Shown: positions 12,931-27,885 of the stretch, piece by piece
Position numbering within the stretch: position 1 is the stretch's first letter
Layout: every line of letters starts with the position of its first letter
Assembly: GCA_964016885.1 (NCBI GenBank)
Contig: OZ024755.1
Location: 16,988,001 to 17,052,000, forward strand
DNA from: Eledone cirrhosa
Taxonomy: Eukaryota
Direction: 5' to 3'
Length of the DNA stretch: 64,000 bases
Program-made: the position numbers and the translations under genes
The notes under the pieces: generated by a model
Seen by the model: only the letters and a program-made list of their open reading frames with translations
What the model was told of the DNA's origin: nothing
Databases searched by the model: none

Positions 12931-15479
12931 GTAAGTTTGGAATTTGGAAATCTTCGTTGTTTATCTCATTATAATCTTGTCATCATCATTTAACATCCAT
13001 TTCTCTATGCTAGCAACTTAATCCTGCATGATTTTTGTTTGTTTAGCGTGTCTTATTGTTGCTATAACCATAGTGAAGGTGGGTGGCTTAGTGGTTAGAG
13101 AATTGGATTCACAATTGTGAGGTTCTGAGTTTGACAAAAACTACCAAGTGATTGGACTGAAGAAAACAATGAACTTACTAGAATAAAGAAACAAAAAAAA
13201 AAGAAGAAAGGAAACTAGACATCCTGTACTTAAGTTTTTAACCCCTGGCCAACTTCAGTGAACCTGAACAGAACCATACAAGCAATATATGTTGACAATA
13301 GAGACTGTAATTGTTTTTTCAAATAATTGTTTCTACTTTTTGCACAAGGCCAGCAATTACCCAGTACATTACTGGTACTTTATTTTATCGACCCTGTAAG
13401 GATGAAAGGCAAAGTTAACCTTGGAGGGATTTGAACTCAGTCCGTAAAGGGACGTAACTCTATGCTAGAAAGCATGGCGTCCCACCCTCCACTGATACTG
13501 CCAATCCATCAAATAATAAAGAATTTAATATTTAGTCAAACATATAGAAAAAGAAAGTAGTATCGCAAAATACTATGTTATAAATGAAAAGAAATGGAAG
13601 AAAAAAGTAAGAAAGACAGGGAGAAGATGAGAGGTTGACAGACTCTACACCTAAGTCACAGGTATAGACAAATGGCATTTTTTAGAATTATATATATATA
13701 TATTAGAAAGTGAGGTTTTTTTTTACAAAATGAAAAATAACCGAGGTGTCCTACACGAGTGAAAGTATAAAGAAAAAAAGATGAAATCAAAAATGCAACT
13801 GGAGTCTTATTTAAAAATATATATATATATTTATTTGGTTCCTTTACCGGTTTCGCAGTTTTTCTGTTTTTCAAAAGTAGAGTTGAGATGGAGGGTCTGT
13901 GGTTTTTCTCACATCATGTATATATATATTTATTTGTTTATTTATTTATTTATTTATTCTTGTCTGGTGACCCTGTGATAAACAGGCAAAACTCCAGAGT
14001 AACAAGACTCACTATTTAGTTTTAATAAATTGAATATATATATATATGTGTGTGTGTGTGTGTATATATATATATGTGTGTGTATGTATTATATGGACAG
14101 GACATAACCTTTGACCTTTGATTTTTCAAACATTAATTTAGATATTTACTATATAATGACAAGAAAGAAAAAAAAAAAAAAAGAGGGAATGGAGATAGGG
14201 CAAACTCTACAACTTTAAAGATGGTTTGTAAATTTGATTAGCTGACAAAAGCATTTTATTGTTGTTGCTGTAATTGTTTAAGGTTTAGAGAAAATATTTG
14301 AAGAAATATTTGTGTATGTAGCATATAGTGTTTTGTGAATGTTGAAGATGTGTAATAACTGTATGGAATAATAAGAAACACTGCATTATAGCCACAACTC
14401 TGTTACTATATCATAGCAGCAGATACTCATCCAAAGACTCGATACACCATATAAAGTGTTTACATTTGTTTCAATTGTGAGTCATCTAGTTTGTGTATTG
14501 TGTGTGTGTATATGTGTATGTATGTATATATATATATATATATATATAAATTTATAAATAAATATATATATTTATTAAAAAATATATGCGTGTGTGTGTG
14601 TATGTATTTATATATATGTGTGTGTGTGTGTATTTATTTATAAATATATATATGTGTGTGTGTGTATATATACATACACACATACAGTAACATATATATT
14701 CAGATACTCATTGAAATATACTTGTAGTTATCCACAAAAGTGGACATTACCAGAGTTTTGCACTTAGACACATTGTGAAAAAGTGTGGGAACATATGCTC
14801 ACACACACATATATGCTCACACACACATATATGCTCACACACACACACAAATGCTCACACACGCATACATGCTCACACACACATGCTCATATACACATGC
14901 TCACATACACACATGGCATTGTGATCCCCCTGTATTTTATTGTGTTGAATCTGATGTTGATTTGAAAAGCCAACCATCACCATTCATTAATTATTTCTAC
15001 ACTAGTCTTTATTAGTCTCTTTATCATTCACTCACCACAACTGATAAACTTATCTTGATTTAACTTCTGCTCTACTCTTTAATGAAATGAAACACCAGTG
15101 AAAAAAATGAAGGATGTAGCATTTTGAAATGATTCTTCTGTTACATCAAACTGTGTTAAGATACCTTTTATTATTTATTATTTGTTATTCATTTGGGTAA
15201 CCTTTACCTTTACCCGCGGTTGTTAGACCTTACATCTAAGTGTTACCTCTGCCATTACACACACTCGCTGCCTATAAGCTTGCCTGCTTAAGTTAAATTT
15301 TACCAGTGGTTCTCATATTTGGAATATCTCTGCTATTACCCACCATGGATGAGATGGAATACTGCTACTGCCATTGCCACATACAAAAGCCTCAGGTAAA
15401 AAAATCAGAAAAAAATCTAATGTATTTCTTTTCATTCTCCGTCACCTGAATCCATCTTTTTCTTTTTTATAACTTTTAA

Positions 15480-15713
15480 CCCTTTAACATTTAAACTGGC
15501 CGTATCTGGCCAGAATTCTCTCACCTCTTTCTTTTCCAACTGGCCATAACTAGCTGCTCATACTTATGTTAAGGTATTGTTCTTAAAATATATAATATCA
15601 ATATCTCATAGATTCAATATTATGTGAGATAATTATGTGATATAATTATGTAAAATAAAATATTTACCATGAAAATACAATAGTAAATATAAAGTAATGT
15701 CAATGCTAAAGGG
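15480..15713. mobile_element. piggyBac-type MITE, ~235 bp (other copies ~2284-2504, 5295-5526, 33804-34024, 36390-36596, 46628-46840, 48406-48627)
   Basis: TTAA-CCCTTTA(G/A)CATT ... AATGCTAAAGGG-TTAA termini; many copies. Confidence 0.75.
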
Positions 15714-16927
15714 TTAAAGTTATTTTTATATCATCCTCATTTTTGCATTTGTTTTTTTTTTTCTTCCATTCTTGCCTGGATTAGACAAGTCCTCTCTAGT
15801 ACAGTATCTCTCCACTTGTTTCTTTTTCTGTCATCTTCTTTGTGAGGCACAGTTTCTTGAGATTAGTTTTCATCACCTCTGTTCATATCTTCCAATATCT
15901 TTCTCTTCCATGATTTCCTTCAACTTCGAACTTCTAGTATTTCTTCACCCAACAAATATCATCCATATGCATTACAACTACCAAAGCACACATCTATTTG
16001 TATATGTGTTACAATTTATGTCCATGTTATGTTTATCACATACTGAATTTTTTTTATATCTTGGTTGATATTTGATAACAGCTAAACTAATTGACCAAAT
16101 CCCCACCCCGCCATTCAGAAAGGCTTCCACTGCCCCTGCAATACATCTTATTCTTCTTATACTTAGTTTTTCTTTAACTTTATCTCTGCTCTATCATTCA
16201 TATACACTGGCATAACACCTTCAACAGAACATGATCAATTCATTACCATATTTATCATTATTGGTTTGGCAGAATTTATCATTATTGGTAAAGCTTCAGA
16301 CAAAATAAGTTTACAGCATTTAGTTATGTTCCTTTCCATTCTGAGTTCAAATCCTGTTGTAGTCAGTTTTGTTTTTCAGCCTTTCAAGGTTGTTAAAGTA
16401 CCAGTAATGTACTGGAGTCGATATAAATTATTATATATATACTCCTCCAGGAAATATATGCGTGTGTCTATGCCAGAGTGTTTGAGGACTTTGCTCAACC
16501 CCCATGGCCCTCCCAGGAATAAGTGGGCGAAGAAGTAGTGTGTGTTTCAAAGGAGTTTGTATTGCTATTTCTAGCAGGTCAAGTGACCATATAGCTGCTC
16601 CTGTGTTGACACATGTTGTTGTGTTATGTTGTGGAGGCTAGGAGTTGGTGTGGAGAGAGATAGGTGGGGGAAGTAAGTTCTTATCAAACCCAAGTTAGTG
16701 TTGTGGTACCTGGTCCCAGTTGGGACTGGTTCACTTAATATTGTTATTTTAGTGTTTTAGTTTTTATATCATTTCCTTTCATCCTTCAATATCTACTACT
16801 ACTACTACCACCACCACGACCACTACAACTAATACTACTGCCATCACCACTACCACTTCTCATCTCTCCTCTTCCTACTACTTCTCCAACCACCACTTCA
16901 ACTAATACTACTACAACCACCACCACC

Positions 16928-16966
<39 letters not shown>

Positions 16967-17214
16967 GTAGTAGAGAAATCAACAAGCCTATTTGACAGTC
17001 TTTACCTGATTGCTCAATGTTCTAGATATAGTAGTCAAATCTCTCTTGATTTACTCCCTACTACACATTGGATAATGTAGTCCTAGATACACAATGCCTG
17101 ATAAAGGCAGTTATATTTACAGCTAGAATGCCTGTGATCATAAGTCTGTTTGATTGATCAGGGATGACTTATGTCTAAACCACCATAATCAATACTCTAC
17201 GTTCTGTCTAACAG

Positions 17215-17570
17215 TGTATAGACTCTTTCATCCACAGCTCTCAGTGTATAGACTCTTCCATCCACAGCTCTCAGTATATAGACTCTTCTATCCACAGCTC
17301 TGTGTATAGACTCTTCCATCCACAGCTCTCAGTGTATAGACTCTTCCATCCACAGCTCTCAGTATATAGACTCTTCCATCCACAGCTCTCAGTATATAGA
17401 CTCTTCCATCCACAGCTCTGTGTATAGACTCTTCCATCCACAGCTCTCAGTATATAGACTCTTCCATCCACAGCTCTGTGTATAGACTCTTCCATCCACA
17501 GCTCTCAGTGTATAGACTCTTCCATCCACAGCTCTCAATATATAGACTCTTCCATCCACACCTCTCAGTG
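17215..17570. repeat. 26/28-bp minisatellite
   Basis: GTATAGACTCTTCCATCCACAGCTCT(CA) tandem. Confidence 0.95.
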
Positions 17571-18422
17571 TATTCTAAATGTCTTAATATTTAATTCTAG
17601 GCTTAGCATTTGATAAATGAGGTCTTAGTGTGAGTATGAGGGGCTCGGTCCATATCATTTTCAGTGCTTTTTAGATCAATAGGCAGAGGGTGGCTTTTAT
17701 GGAGTTTAATTTGAGTTTGTGTAGGTTAACAGGTGAGAAATAAAACATAGGTTTAAACAAACAAAGAATCCTCTGAAGTGGTCATTTGTTGCCACATGCT
17801 GCTTTTTGTAACCACCATTAGCAACTTCACTTGTAGTTGCATTTGGTGGGACGAAACTCTCAGGAGAACTGGACAGCAGAAGGTCTTCAGACAAGAAATC
17901 TTCCTTAAAGCAAGTGTTTCAGGCCTTAACTTCTACAAAGACCAAAGCACTCACTTGAGCAGGGTTTCTTGTCTGAAGATTTTCTGCTGTCCAGCTCTCA
18001 TGAGAGTTTCTTACCATCAAATGCAATATATAAAGAAATAAACAAAAGTTACAATTTAGAGAAGTGTTTGGATGATTTGAAGTGAGAAATATTGAAATCC
18101 AAATATAGATTCACTACAATAATAATAGCAATATTATTATTGTAGTGAATCTGTGTTTAGATTTCAACATTTCTTTACAATAGAAATGTTGAAATAATCC
18201 CAGTCATTGCCAATACAATCTAGCAAAACCCTGTAAACAGGATATCCTCGTCAACTTTTCCACACTTGGATGGGTTAAATGGGTCGTCCACATCAGGAGG
18301 CAAGTCTGGCCAGCGTTGGCCATGTGTTGCACCTTGCTCCAGTGAGGAGTGTAAATTTGGCTAGCTATTTTACAGCTGGATGCCCCTCCTAACACCAACC
18401 ACGTTTACAGTGTGGAACTGAA

Positions 18423-18457
<35 letters not shown>

Positions 18458-19335
18458 CATCATCTTCATCATTTTGGATCCATTTTTCCATGTTTGCATA
18501 GGCTGGACAGGACTTTTCCAGCACAGCATCACTTCACACATTACGTTCCTTCATCATCTCTTTCAGTGAGCTTCAGTAATTTGAGATCAGCTCCCACCAC
18601 CTCTGCCCTGATCTTTCCTTGGTCTACCTCTACTGCAGCTAGCTTCCACTGCAATTTCACAGTACATCTTTATCCAACGATGATCATGATCCTCCATACA
18701 CATTACATTCAAACCATTAGGAAACCTGGATGTAAAGATGATGACGGATCATAAATTAGCATAGTATTGTAAAAAAAAAAAATACAAACAACAAACAAAA
18801 GACAACAATCTAACATACACTAAATAGGTTCCTGATTTAAATATTACTCTATATGAGGTATAAAAGGTATATATATATATATATACTAGCATATGTACCC
18901 GGCGTTGCTCGGGAAATGAATGACAGCCTGTTTGTCCGTATAAAGAGAGCCAAAGGTTGTATGTTCAGTCATGTTGACTAATGTTAACTGTGTAGTCCAA
19001 TTAGAAATCACGACCTTCAATCGGGCGAATTGTTCAAGGTCGTTTATGGCTTAGTTAGCAAATATAGAGCAAATATATTGCTTAGTAGAGCAAATATTTA
19101 TTAAAATAACAGATTAAAGTTTAAGCAAAGAATTGCTGAAGTTTAAGCAAAGAATCGCTGCTTTCACCCTTAACGGGATCTTATATATATACATATATAT
19201 ATGTAGAGGTTATATTTAATTTGTTGGGATACAACAAGCAAAATATTTTTATAACTGATATAAAGCACTCAACAAATTATTGGAGTAAATATACAATATA
19301 TTAACAAATGGAAACTATATTTATAAAGCCATATT

Positions 19336-19401
19336 TATTTCATTATACATATTTCAAGGGCCACCAGGGAAAACTATGGTGCACTTTCATCAGATAATAT
19401 A
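19336..19401 (-). ncRNA. Inverted copy of the 19535 hammerhead (stem I shortened)
   Basis: Reverse complement reads AUUAU-CUGAUGA-AAGUGCACCA...UGGUGGCCCUU-GAAA-UAUGUAUA-AUGAAAUA. Confidence 0.6.
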
Positions 19402-19534
19402 GGTTAGTTTTATAAATAAATATTGACATACCCTGAAAAAATGCAACCATTCTGGAGATTCAGGAGATTCCAATCAGAATGGTTGCATTTTTTCAGGGTA
19501 TGTCAATATTTATTTATAAAACTAACCTATATTA

Positions 19535-19600
19535 TATTTTATCTGATGAAAGCGCACCATAGTTTGCCCTGGTGGCCCTTGAAATATGTATAATGAAATA
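19535..19600 (+). ncRNA. Type I hammerhead ribozyme (Penelope-type, palindromic stem III)
   Basis: Stem I UAUUUUAU/AUGAAAUA; CUGAUGA 19543-49; stem II AAG.GCACCA/UGGUGGC.CUU; GAAA; stem III AUAUGUAU; AUA cleavage triplet. Confidence 0.8.
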
Positions 19601-19669
19601 AATATGGTTTTATAAATATAGTTTCCATTTGTTAATATATTGTATATATATATATATACATACATATAT

Positions 19670-19749
<80 letters not shown>

Positions 19750-19798
19750 ATATACATATAAATATATATGTACATATAAATATATATATACATATATA

Positions 19799-20192
<394 letters not shown>

Positions 20193-20226
20193 ATATATAT
20201 ATATATATATATACATATATATATAC

Positions 20227-20257
<31 letters not shown>

Positions 20258-20288
20258 TATATACATATAAATATATATATATATATAC

Positions 20289-20327
<39 letters not shown>

Positions 20328-20370
20328 CATATAAATATATATATATATACATATAAATATATATATATAT

Positions 20371-21460
20371 GGTAGGCTAACTAAGAACATAGATTTTACA
20401 TGTGGCCGGTGCTCTGGTGCAATAAGTAGCAGCAAGTGCCCACAAACTACTAGCTCTTTCAATTGCGCAGAGGGTTCTATAGAAATAGTGGACAGCTTCC
20501 GTTACCTGGGCGATAAAATCAGCAGTGGGGGAGGGTGCTCTGAAAGTACTGTAGCTAGAGTCAGAACTGGTTGGAAAAAGTTCAGAGAGCTTATACCACT
20601 ATTAGCTGCTAAAGGGTTCTCACTAAAAATGAAAGGCAGGTTGTACGATGCCTGCATACGAACAGCAATGCTGCATGGCAGTGAGACCTGGGCATTGTGT
20701 GCAGAGGATATACGCAGACTAGAGAGGAACGAAGCTTGCATGCTCCGCTGGATGTGTAACAGTAATATACGTGAACGGCAAAGCATAAACGAACTAAGGA
20801 ATAAATTAGAGATAAGAGGGATCAGATGTTGTTTACTCGAGAGAAGGCTACGTTGGTATGGACACGTGATGCGCATGAAAGTCGATAGCTGTATAACAAA
20901 GTGCAGGGCAATAAAGATAGACGGTAGTCACGGAATAGGCAGACCTAGAAAAACCTGGGACGAGCTGATAAACTCCGACATCACACACTTACACCTCTCC
21001 AAGACAATGTCACTGGACCGAGACCTTTGGCGGTACTCAGTAACAGAGAAGACCCGCCTTACCTAAATATATAGTAAAACCTACTCCAGCCAGTAGGCAT
21101 CTCTAACAAATACACCCCGTCCCACCACCCCCACCCGATCCACACCACCCCGTTCTATGTAAAGTTATGTTGGTGCCGCGCCATCGAGGCCGAAACAAAT
21201 GAGATCGTGTAGGTGTCACGACAAAAAAACACACAGTCCACGCTGTAATGTGGCCGTGTAGGCAACACGGTAAAAACCTCCCAGACCCACACTGTAAATG
21301 TGGTTGGTGTTAGGAAGGGCATCCAACTGTAGAAAACCTGCCAGACAGTCCTATGCGAGCAAGACAATCACTCTTGCCTCAAGTGGGACTACCCCCGTCC
21401 AAACCCATGCAAGCGTGGAACACGGACGTTAAACGCTGATGATGATGATGATGATGATGA
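20371..21460 (+). mobile_element. 5'-truncated RTE-clade LINE; ORF 20371-21066, 3' UTR ending in (GAT)n
   Basis: [25 protein letters not shown] and GRPRKTW motifs; inserted in (TA)n. Confidence 0.9.
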
Positions 21461-21949
21461 TATATATACATATAAATATATATATATATATATACACATA
21501 TATATATATACATTGAAATATTGGAGTCTTAACTGTTAAATTATATATGAAGTAGATTTTCAAATATTTTAACTCAATAATGGCTGGCAAATATGATTAT
21601 ATTTCTTTGACTTTCCTGTTCTATCTCTTTCTCTCATTATATATGCATAAACACACACATATAAACACACACACACACACACATATAAATACATACACAC
21701 ATATAAACATACACACACACACATATAAACATACACACACACTCACACTCATATATGTATATTCACATATATATGTGCGTTTGTGTTCTGTGTGTGTGTA
21801 TGTATGTATAGGTGAGTCTGTATATGTATGTGTACAGGTCTGTTTGTGTATGTTTATGTGTATGTAAAGATGGGCATGCATGTGTGTGTATATCATATAT
21901 ATATGCATGTGTATGCTAATTGTATAGCATTACACCACCCCTATGACCC

Positions 21950-21981
<32 letters not shown>

Positions 21982-22030
21982 GTATCTATGTATGTATGGT
22001 TATATTGGAGTTAACCAATATAGATCCTGG

Positions 22031-22110
<80 letters not shown>

Positions 22111-22113
<3 letters not shown>

Positions 22114-22850
22114 GGTGCGGACGATATTTGTTCGCAAGATTACTGTCTAGGAAAAAGTAACACAGTAGTTTTATTTTTTAAAATTTATTTATTAAACCTG
22201 GGTCAGTTTGTCTTCATGACTTGTTCTTTCGATCTCACTCGATAAACCCGCCATTGGCTTTGATGACGGCCTCAAGGCGGCCTCGGAACCTGTCCCCCGA
22301 CTTAGGCCCCTAAAGGCACTTGTGATCCTGGCCTTCAGATCGTCTTTCGTATTGCAGCTAGATCTTTTGGTGTCTTGTTCCACTGCGCCTCACACAAAGA
22401 AGTCGAGGGGGTTGCAGTCAGGCAAGCTGGGAGGCCAGATGTCAGGTGAAGTGTGGTCGACGAAGTTCTCTGACAGCCAGGCTTGGGTCTTTCGGCTGGT
22501 ATGGCAGGGCGCTGAGTGTTGCTGCTGCCACACGTACGGCCTACCTGCAGCTACCTGGTCGATCCAGGGCTTTACTACCTCGCTCAGAACGCGGATGTAG
22601 CCATCGGTGTTCAGCTTGAGACCCTCAGGGAAGAAGTGAGGTGGCATGATGTCACCTTGACTGCTGACGACACCTAACACCAATGTTGTCGCTGGAAACT
22701 TTGTCTGCATGACTCTGGGCATGTCTTTGGATGAGACAGTGAGCCACCTGTTGTTCTGGGAGTTGATCTTCTGGTCTTATTTGTTGAAGTAAAAAAAATT
22801 TGCATAAAATTAGCAGTTGCAAATTGCGAACAAATATCGTCCGCACCCTG
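22111..22850 (-). mobile_element. Internally deleted Tc1/mariner DD37D (maT)-type transposon
   Basis: Perfect 27-bp TIRs CAGGGTGCGGACGATATTTGTTCGCAA, TA flanks; transposase WQQ(D>H)SAPCH...WPPSLPDCNPLD with 37 residues between catalytic positions; in-frame stop. Confidence 0.9.
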
Positions 22851-22945
22851 TATATATATAGATATATATGTATATATATATATATATACATGTGCACATG
22901 CACACACACACACACATATATATATATATACATATGTGTTTGTGA

Positions 22946-23000
<55 letters not shown>

Positions 23001-23244
23001 TGTGTCAATTTTACTAGTTCACTGTTTGCTTCAGCTGTTACATAAATAACATTTATTATATGTTGTTGTTGTCATTTTAAATTTCATTTATATTTATTTA
23101 ATTATTCATTTTTATATGAAATCAATATTTTGCCCCAACTCTCACCAGAAAAAAATATTGTTTGTGGAAGTGTCACATGGATTGTGTTTTGGTAATAGCA
23201 GGATTAAAAGAAAAGAAATGTGTGTATGTACATGTGTGACTTTG

Positions 23245-23710
23245 TGTCTGTGTGTGCTTGCATGTGTTTGTGTGTGTGTGTGCTTGCATGTGTTTGTGTA
23301 TGTGTGTGCTTGCATGTGTTTGAATGTGTGTGCTTGCATGTGTTTGAATGTGTGTGCTTGCATGTGTTTGAATGTGTGTGCTTCCATTGTGTTTGTGTAT
23401 ATGTGCTTGCATGTGTTTGTGTGTGTGTGCTTGCATGTGTTTGTGTATGTGTCTGCCTGCATGTGTTTGTGTATGTGTGTGCCTGCATGTGTTTGAATGT
23501 GTGTGCTTGCATGTGTTTGTGTATGTTTGTGCCTGCATGTGTTTGAATGTGTGTGCTTGCATGTGTTTGTGTATGTTTGTGCTTGCATGTGTTTGTGTAT
23601 GTGTGCTTGCATGTGTTTGTATGTGTGTGCATGCATGTGTTTGTATGCGTGCTTGCATGTGCTTGTATGTGTGCTTGCGTGTGTGTGCTTGCATGTGTTT
23701 GTATGTGTGT
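23245..23710. repeat. TGTGCTTGCATGTGTTTG-type compound minisatellite
   Basis: Tandem units of ~20-24 bp. Confidence 0.9.
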
Positions 23711-25531
23711 GCTTGTGTGTGTATGTTTATACAAAAATGGAAAGATGTATGTGTGTGTGTATATGTGTGTATCTGTGTGTCTGTGTGTACATGTATGTAT
23801 CTGTGTGTGTTTGTCTGCATGTGTGAGCATGTGTGTATGTGAATGTCTGTGTACTTGTGTGTGTTTCTGTGCATATGTGTATGTGTCTCTGTGTGTGTTT
23901 ATACAAAACAGGAAAGAACTAAAAAAGATATAAACAAATATAAAAAAGTGAAAACAAAATAATAATAATTTTTATTTTTTTAACAAAAATAAAAAAAACC
24001 CATTTAATTTCATTTATGATCGTTTTAATTGTTGTTGTGGTGGTGGTGGTGCTGGTGCTGGTTGCTGTTGTTGTTTCTATTGTTGTGTTTGCGTGGTGGT
24101 TTCTCTTGTTGTGGCTGTGTTTTTCTTGTTGCTGTTGTTTTCCTCTCAAAACAATTAGATCTTGTACTTGAGATGAATGTCATTTAGAGTTGAATTCCAA
24201 CCATTTTCTGGGGTCAACGTGTATTTTATACTAAATTTGTTTAGTATTCTCATTCCCATTAAACCTCAAAGACACTTATCAATATTCTGTCTCACACAGA
24301 GAAATGTTTTTATGGTTGGTATTTTTTTTCTGTTAACTTCACACCTCTTGATACCAAACCACTTGAATCTTCCCCCTGGTTCAATGATACGAATGTGTTT
24401 ATAATCATAATTTTAAGTTAGAATGTTCCAAACAACAGCTTTTTAATGAGAAAATTCATTATATTACTAAATTACTCCAAACTCTTATTTTTCAAATTAT
24501 TTGTAAATCACAGTGTGTGTTTTATTATAAATATGGTAATGAAAATCATCCTCATTATCGTTTTACATACATTTTTCTATGCTTGCATGGATGGTCCTTT
24601 GCAGCACAGCATCTCTCTACTTGTCGCATTTCTTCATCATCTCTTCTGTAAGTCTCAGCAATAAAGTACTAGTGATGCAAGATTGGCACAGGAATTTAAG
24701 GACAGATCAAAATGTTTTTACTGCTGATTGTGTAAGGTGGCCTAGTAAGTGCATGGCCTAATGGTAAGTGTGTTGGATTTATAATCATAACTTCATATGT
24801 TTGATTCTTCGACTGGGTTGTGTGGTGTGTTCATGAGCAAAACACCACTTCATTTCACATTGCTCCGATACACTCAGCTGTAAATGAGTACCAGCAATAG
24901 CTGGGAGTTTAATCCTGCAATGGACTGGCATCATGTCCAGGGAGAGTCTTGTAGTCTTCGCAGCTTAGTGCCAAGAAAACTGGGATAAACACTAGCCTGA
25001 TGTGCCATTGGGTTTGAGAGACATTTGAGCATTGAACATCAAGGATGTGTAAAGACTATAAAGATATGAAAGAAGTATATACTGGATGTGTAATGTCAGT
25101 GTACATTACACTATTACAGAGCATAAATAAGTTGAGAAAAACTGGTTATAAGAGGAATTTGTTACGATGCTTGACATACAATTGTAATGGCGTCCGTTCA
25201 ATTCCTGTGTTGTTCTTGAGCAAAACATTTTATTTCACATTGTTCCAGTACAGTCACCTGAGCTGAGTGAGTACCAGCTGGGAAATTAAGCCTGTGATAG
25301 ACTGGCATCCTGTCCAGAGAGAGTCTTGTACTCTCTGTCATTTAGTGCCAAGGAAACTGGGATAAGTACCAGATGATGAGCCTCCAGGTTTGAGACATAC
25401 TTTAGTGTAAGGTGAACATTGAACATCAAGGATGTGCAAAGACTAGAAAGATATAAGACAAGCATATGTTAGATGTGTACATGAATGATGGAGCACAATT
25501 AAGATGAGAGAAAAACTGGTTATAAGAGGAA

Positions 25532-25800
25532 TTAGTTTTTCGTGAACAAGAGAGAAAAGCAAGCTTGTATGGTCATGAGATATGTATGGAGAATAACAGT
25601 TTGGTCAAGAAGTGCAAAACAATTCATGTGGAAGTAAGCTGTAGAAGTGGAAGACCAAAGATGTGGAAAGAAGTGCTTAAAGGTAATCTTGGGAGGCTGA
25701 CCTTCTTGAAGAAGATGACAAACGACTGCATTAAATCGCAAGGTGTACTGTTGGAGAAGACCTAACCAGCCTATAGGAGCATGGAATAATGGTCATGAAA
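25532..25800 (+). mobile_element. Old degenerate RTE fragment
   Basis: YGH..ME.NSLVKKC...GRPKMWKEV. Confidence 0.6.
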
Positions 25801-27547
25801 TAATACATAATTTAGTATTTCTCCATTTTGTTCAAACATTTTTATCTCTGAAGTTTTGTACACACATGCATGCACACACCCACCCCCACACACACACACA
25901 TGTATGTACATATACTTACACATACATGGGTATATACATACGAGAGTTGGTTAAAAGTTCATAGGCTGACCAAGATACTCTCATGGAATGACCAAATGAG
26001 GTTTCTTTTTAAACATAGTCCTTCCATGGAAAGAAACTACAGTTATTAATAAGAAGAGTTGAAATTAATACATGTAAGATTTCACAGCTCTAGCAACATT
26101 CCTTCATAGTCAACCTATGTACTTTTCAGCCAACCCTCATACGGTAGATTGGCAGTATCGGTAGAGGATCGGACGCCATGCTTTGCAGCAAAGAGTTACG
26201 GCCCTTTATGGTCTGAGTTCAAATCCCGCCGAGGTTAATTTTGCCTTTCATCCTTACGGGGTCGATAACATAAAGTACCAGTAATACACTGGCATAATTG
26301 CTGGCCTTGTGCCACAAGTAGAAATAATTATATACACAGGAAATAAAGATATGCATTCAAATATATATTTCTACATTCAATATATATATATATATATATA
26401 TGCAAAGGTTATATTTAATTTGTTGGAATTCAACAAACTTAAAAGAAATGTGTATATATATATATATATATATATATTTCTACATTCAATATATATACAT
26501 ATATATATACACACACATATATATATATACATAAAGATATACATAAAGATATATATAAAGATATATATAAAGACATACATAAAGAAATATACATGCATTC
26601 AAATGTGTGTGTGTGAATATATATATATATACATACATACATTTGAATTCATATATTTATATATTTCTTGTGTATATAATGGATTATATATATAGGAAAA
26701 CATGCTATTAAATGTCTGCCTTTGTCTGTCTTCACCATAATTTACCTGTTGGCTCTCTGGAAGTAGAAATTAGCTTCAACAAGTAAACAATATATTTTCA
26801 AATCGCTCTTGAATTCCTGTTCGAAAGAATTAGAGAAATTTATTATTGTTTAATAGATTTATTAATTTATTCTCTTTAAAAGCCAATTTTTTGTCAATAT
26901 GGCTATACATTGTTTAGCACTATATTGTTATAACATGTGCGTCTGTGTGTCTACACACACATATAAACGTACACATATAAAAACACAGATATACAGATGC
27001 ATTCTCATACATACAGACACATTCACAGACACATAAAAACATATGCAGATGCATATAGATGCATACACATACATACACAGGCACATACAAACACATACAT
27101 GGACACATTCACAGAATCATACATACACACAGACATATATTCATACACAGAATCGTACATCTACACACACATACATACACAGAATTATACATATGCACAG
27201 ATACATATACATACACAGAATCATACATACACACAGACACATATACATACACAGAATTATACATACACATATACACATATGCATACACAGAATCATACAT
27301 ACACACAGACACATATACATACAAACACACACACATATATATATATATACACACTCATATACAGACACACACACAATCAAACATACATACATGGAAATAC
27401 ATACAGATACACACATGCATACACAAACATATTGTATTTGAAAGGTAAGTTATGAAGCAGAAGCCACACTCGTTTAAACAACTAAAGATGGAAGTAGATG
27501 TAAAAAAAATTATATATATATATTATGTATTATATTAAAATACAGCT

Positions 27548-27885
27548 CACAACACATGACCAAATGTTCCACTCTGTTGTCCACAACAGATGACCAAATG
27601 TTCCACTCTGTAGTCCACAACAGATGACCAAATGTTTCACTCTGTAGTCCACAACAGATGACAAAATGTTCCACTCTGTAGTCTATAACAGATGACCAAA
27701 TGTTCCACTCTGTAGTCCACAACAGATGACAAAATGTTCCACTTTGTAGTCCACAACAGATGACCAAATGTTCCACTCTGTAGTCCACAACAGATGACCA
27801 AATGTTCCACTCTGTAGTCCACAACAGATGACCAAATGTTCTACTCTGTAGTCCACAACAGATGACCAAATGTTCCACTCTGTAG
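27548..27885. repeat. 34-bp minisatellite
   Basis: TCCACAACAGATGACCAAATGTTCCACTCTGTAG, ~10 copies. Confidence 0.95.

Larger units (their letters stand above)
19203..19646. mobile_element. Penelope-like fold-back insert in (TA)n
   Basis: ~165-bp inverted arms (19290-19454 / 19475-19646), one-sided tail 19203-19290, hammerhead in each arm, TA arrays on both sides. Confidence 0.7.
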
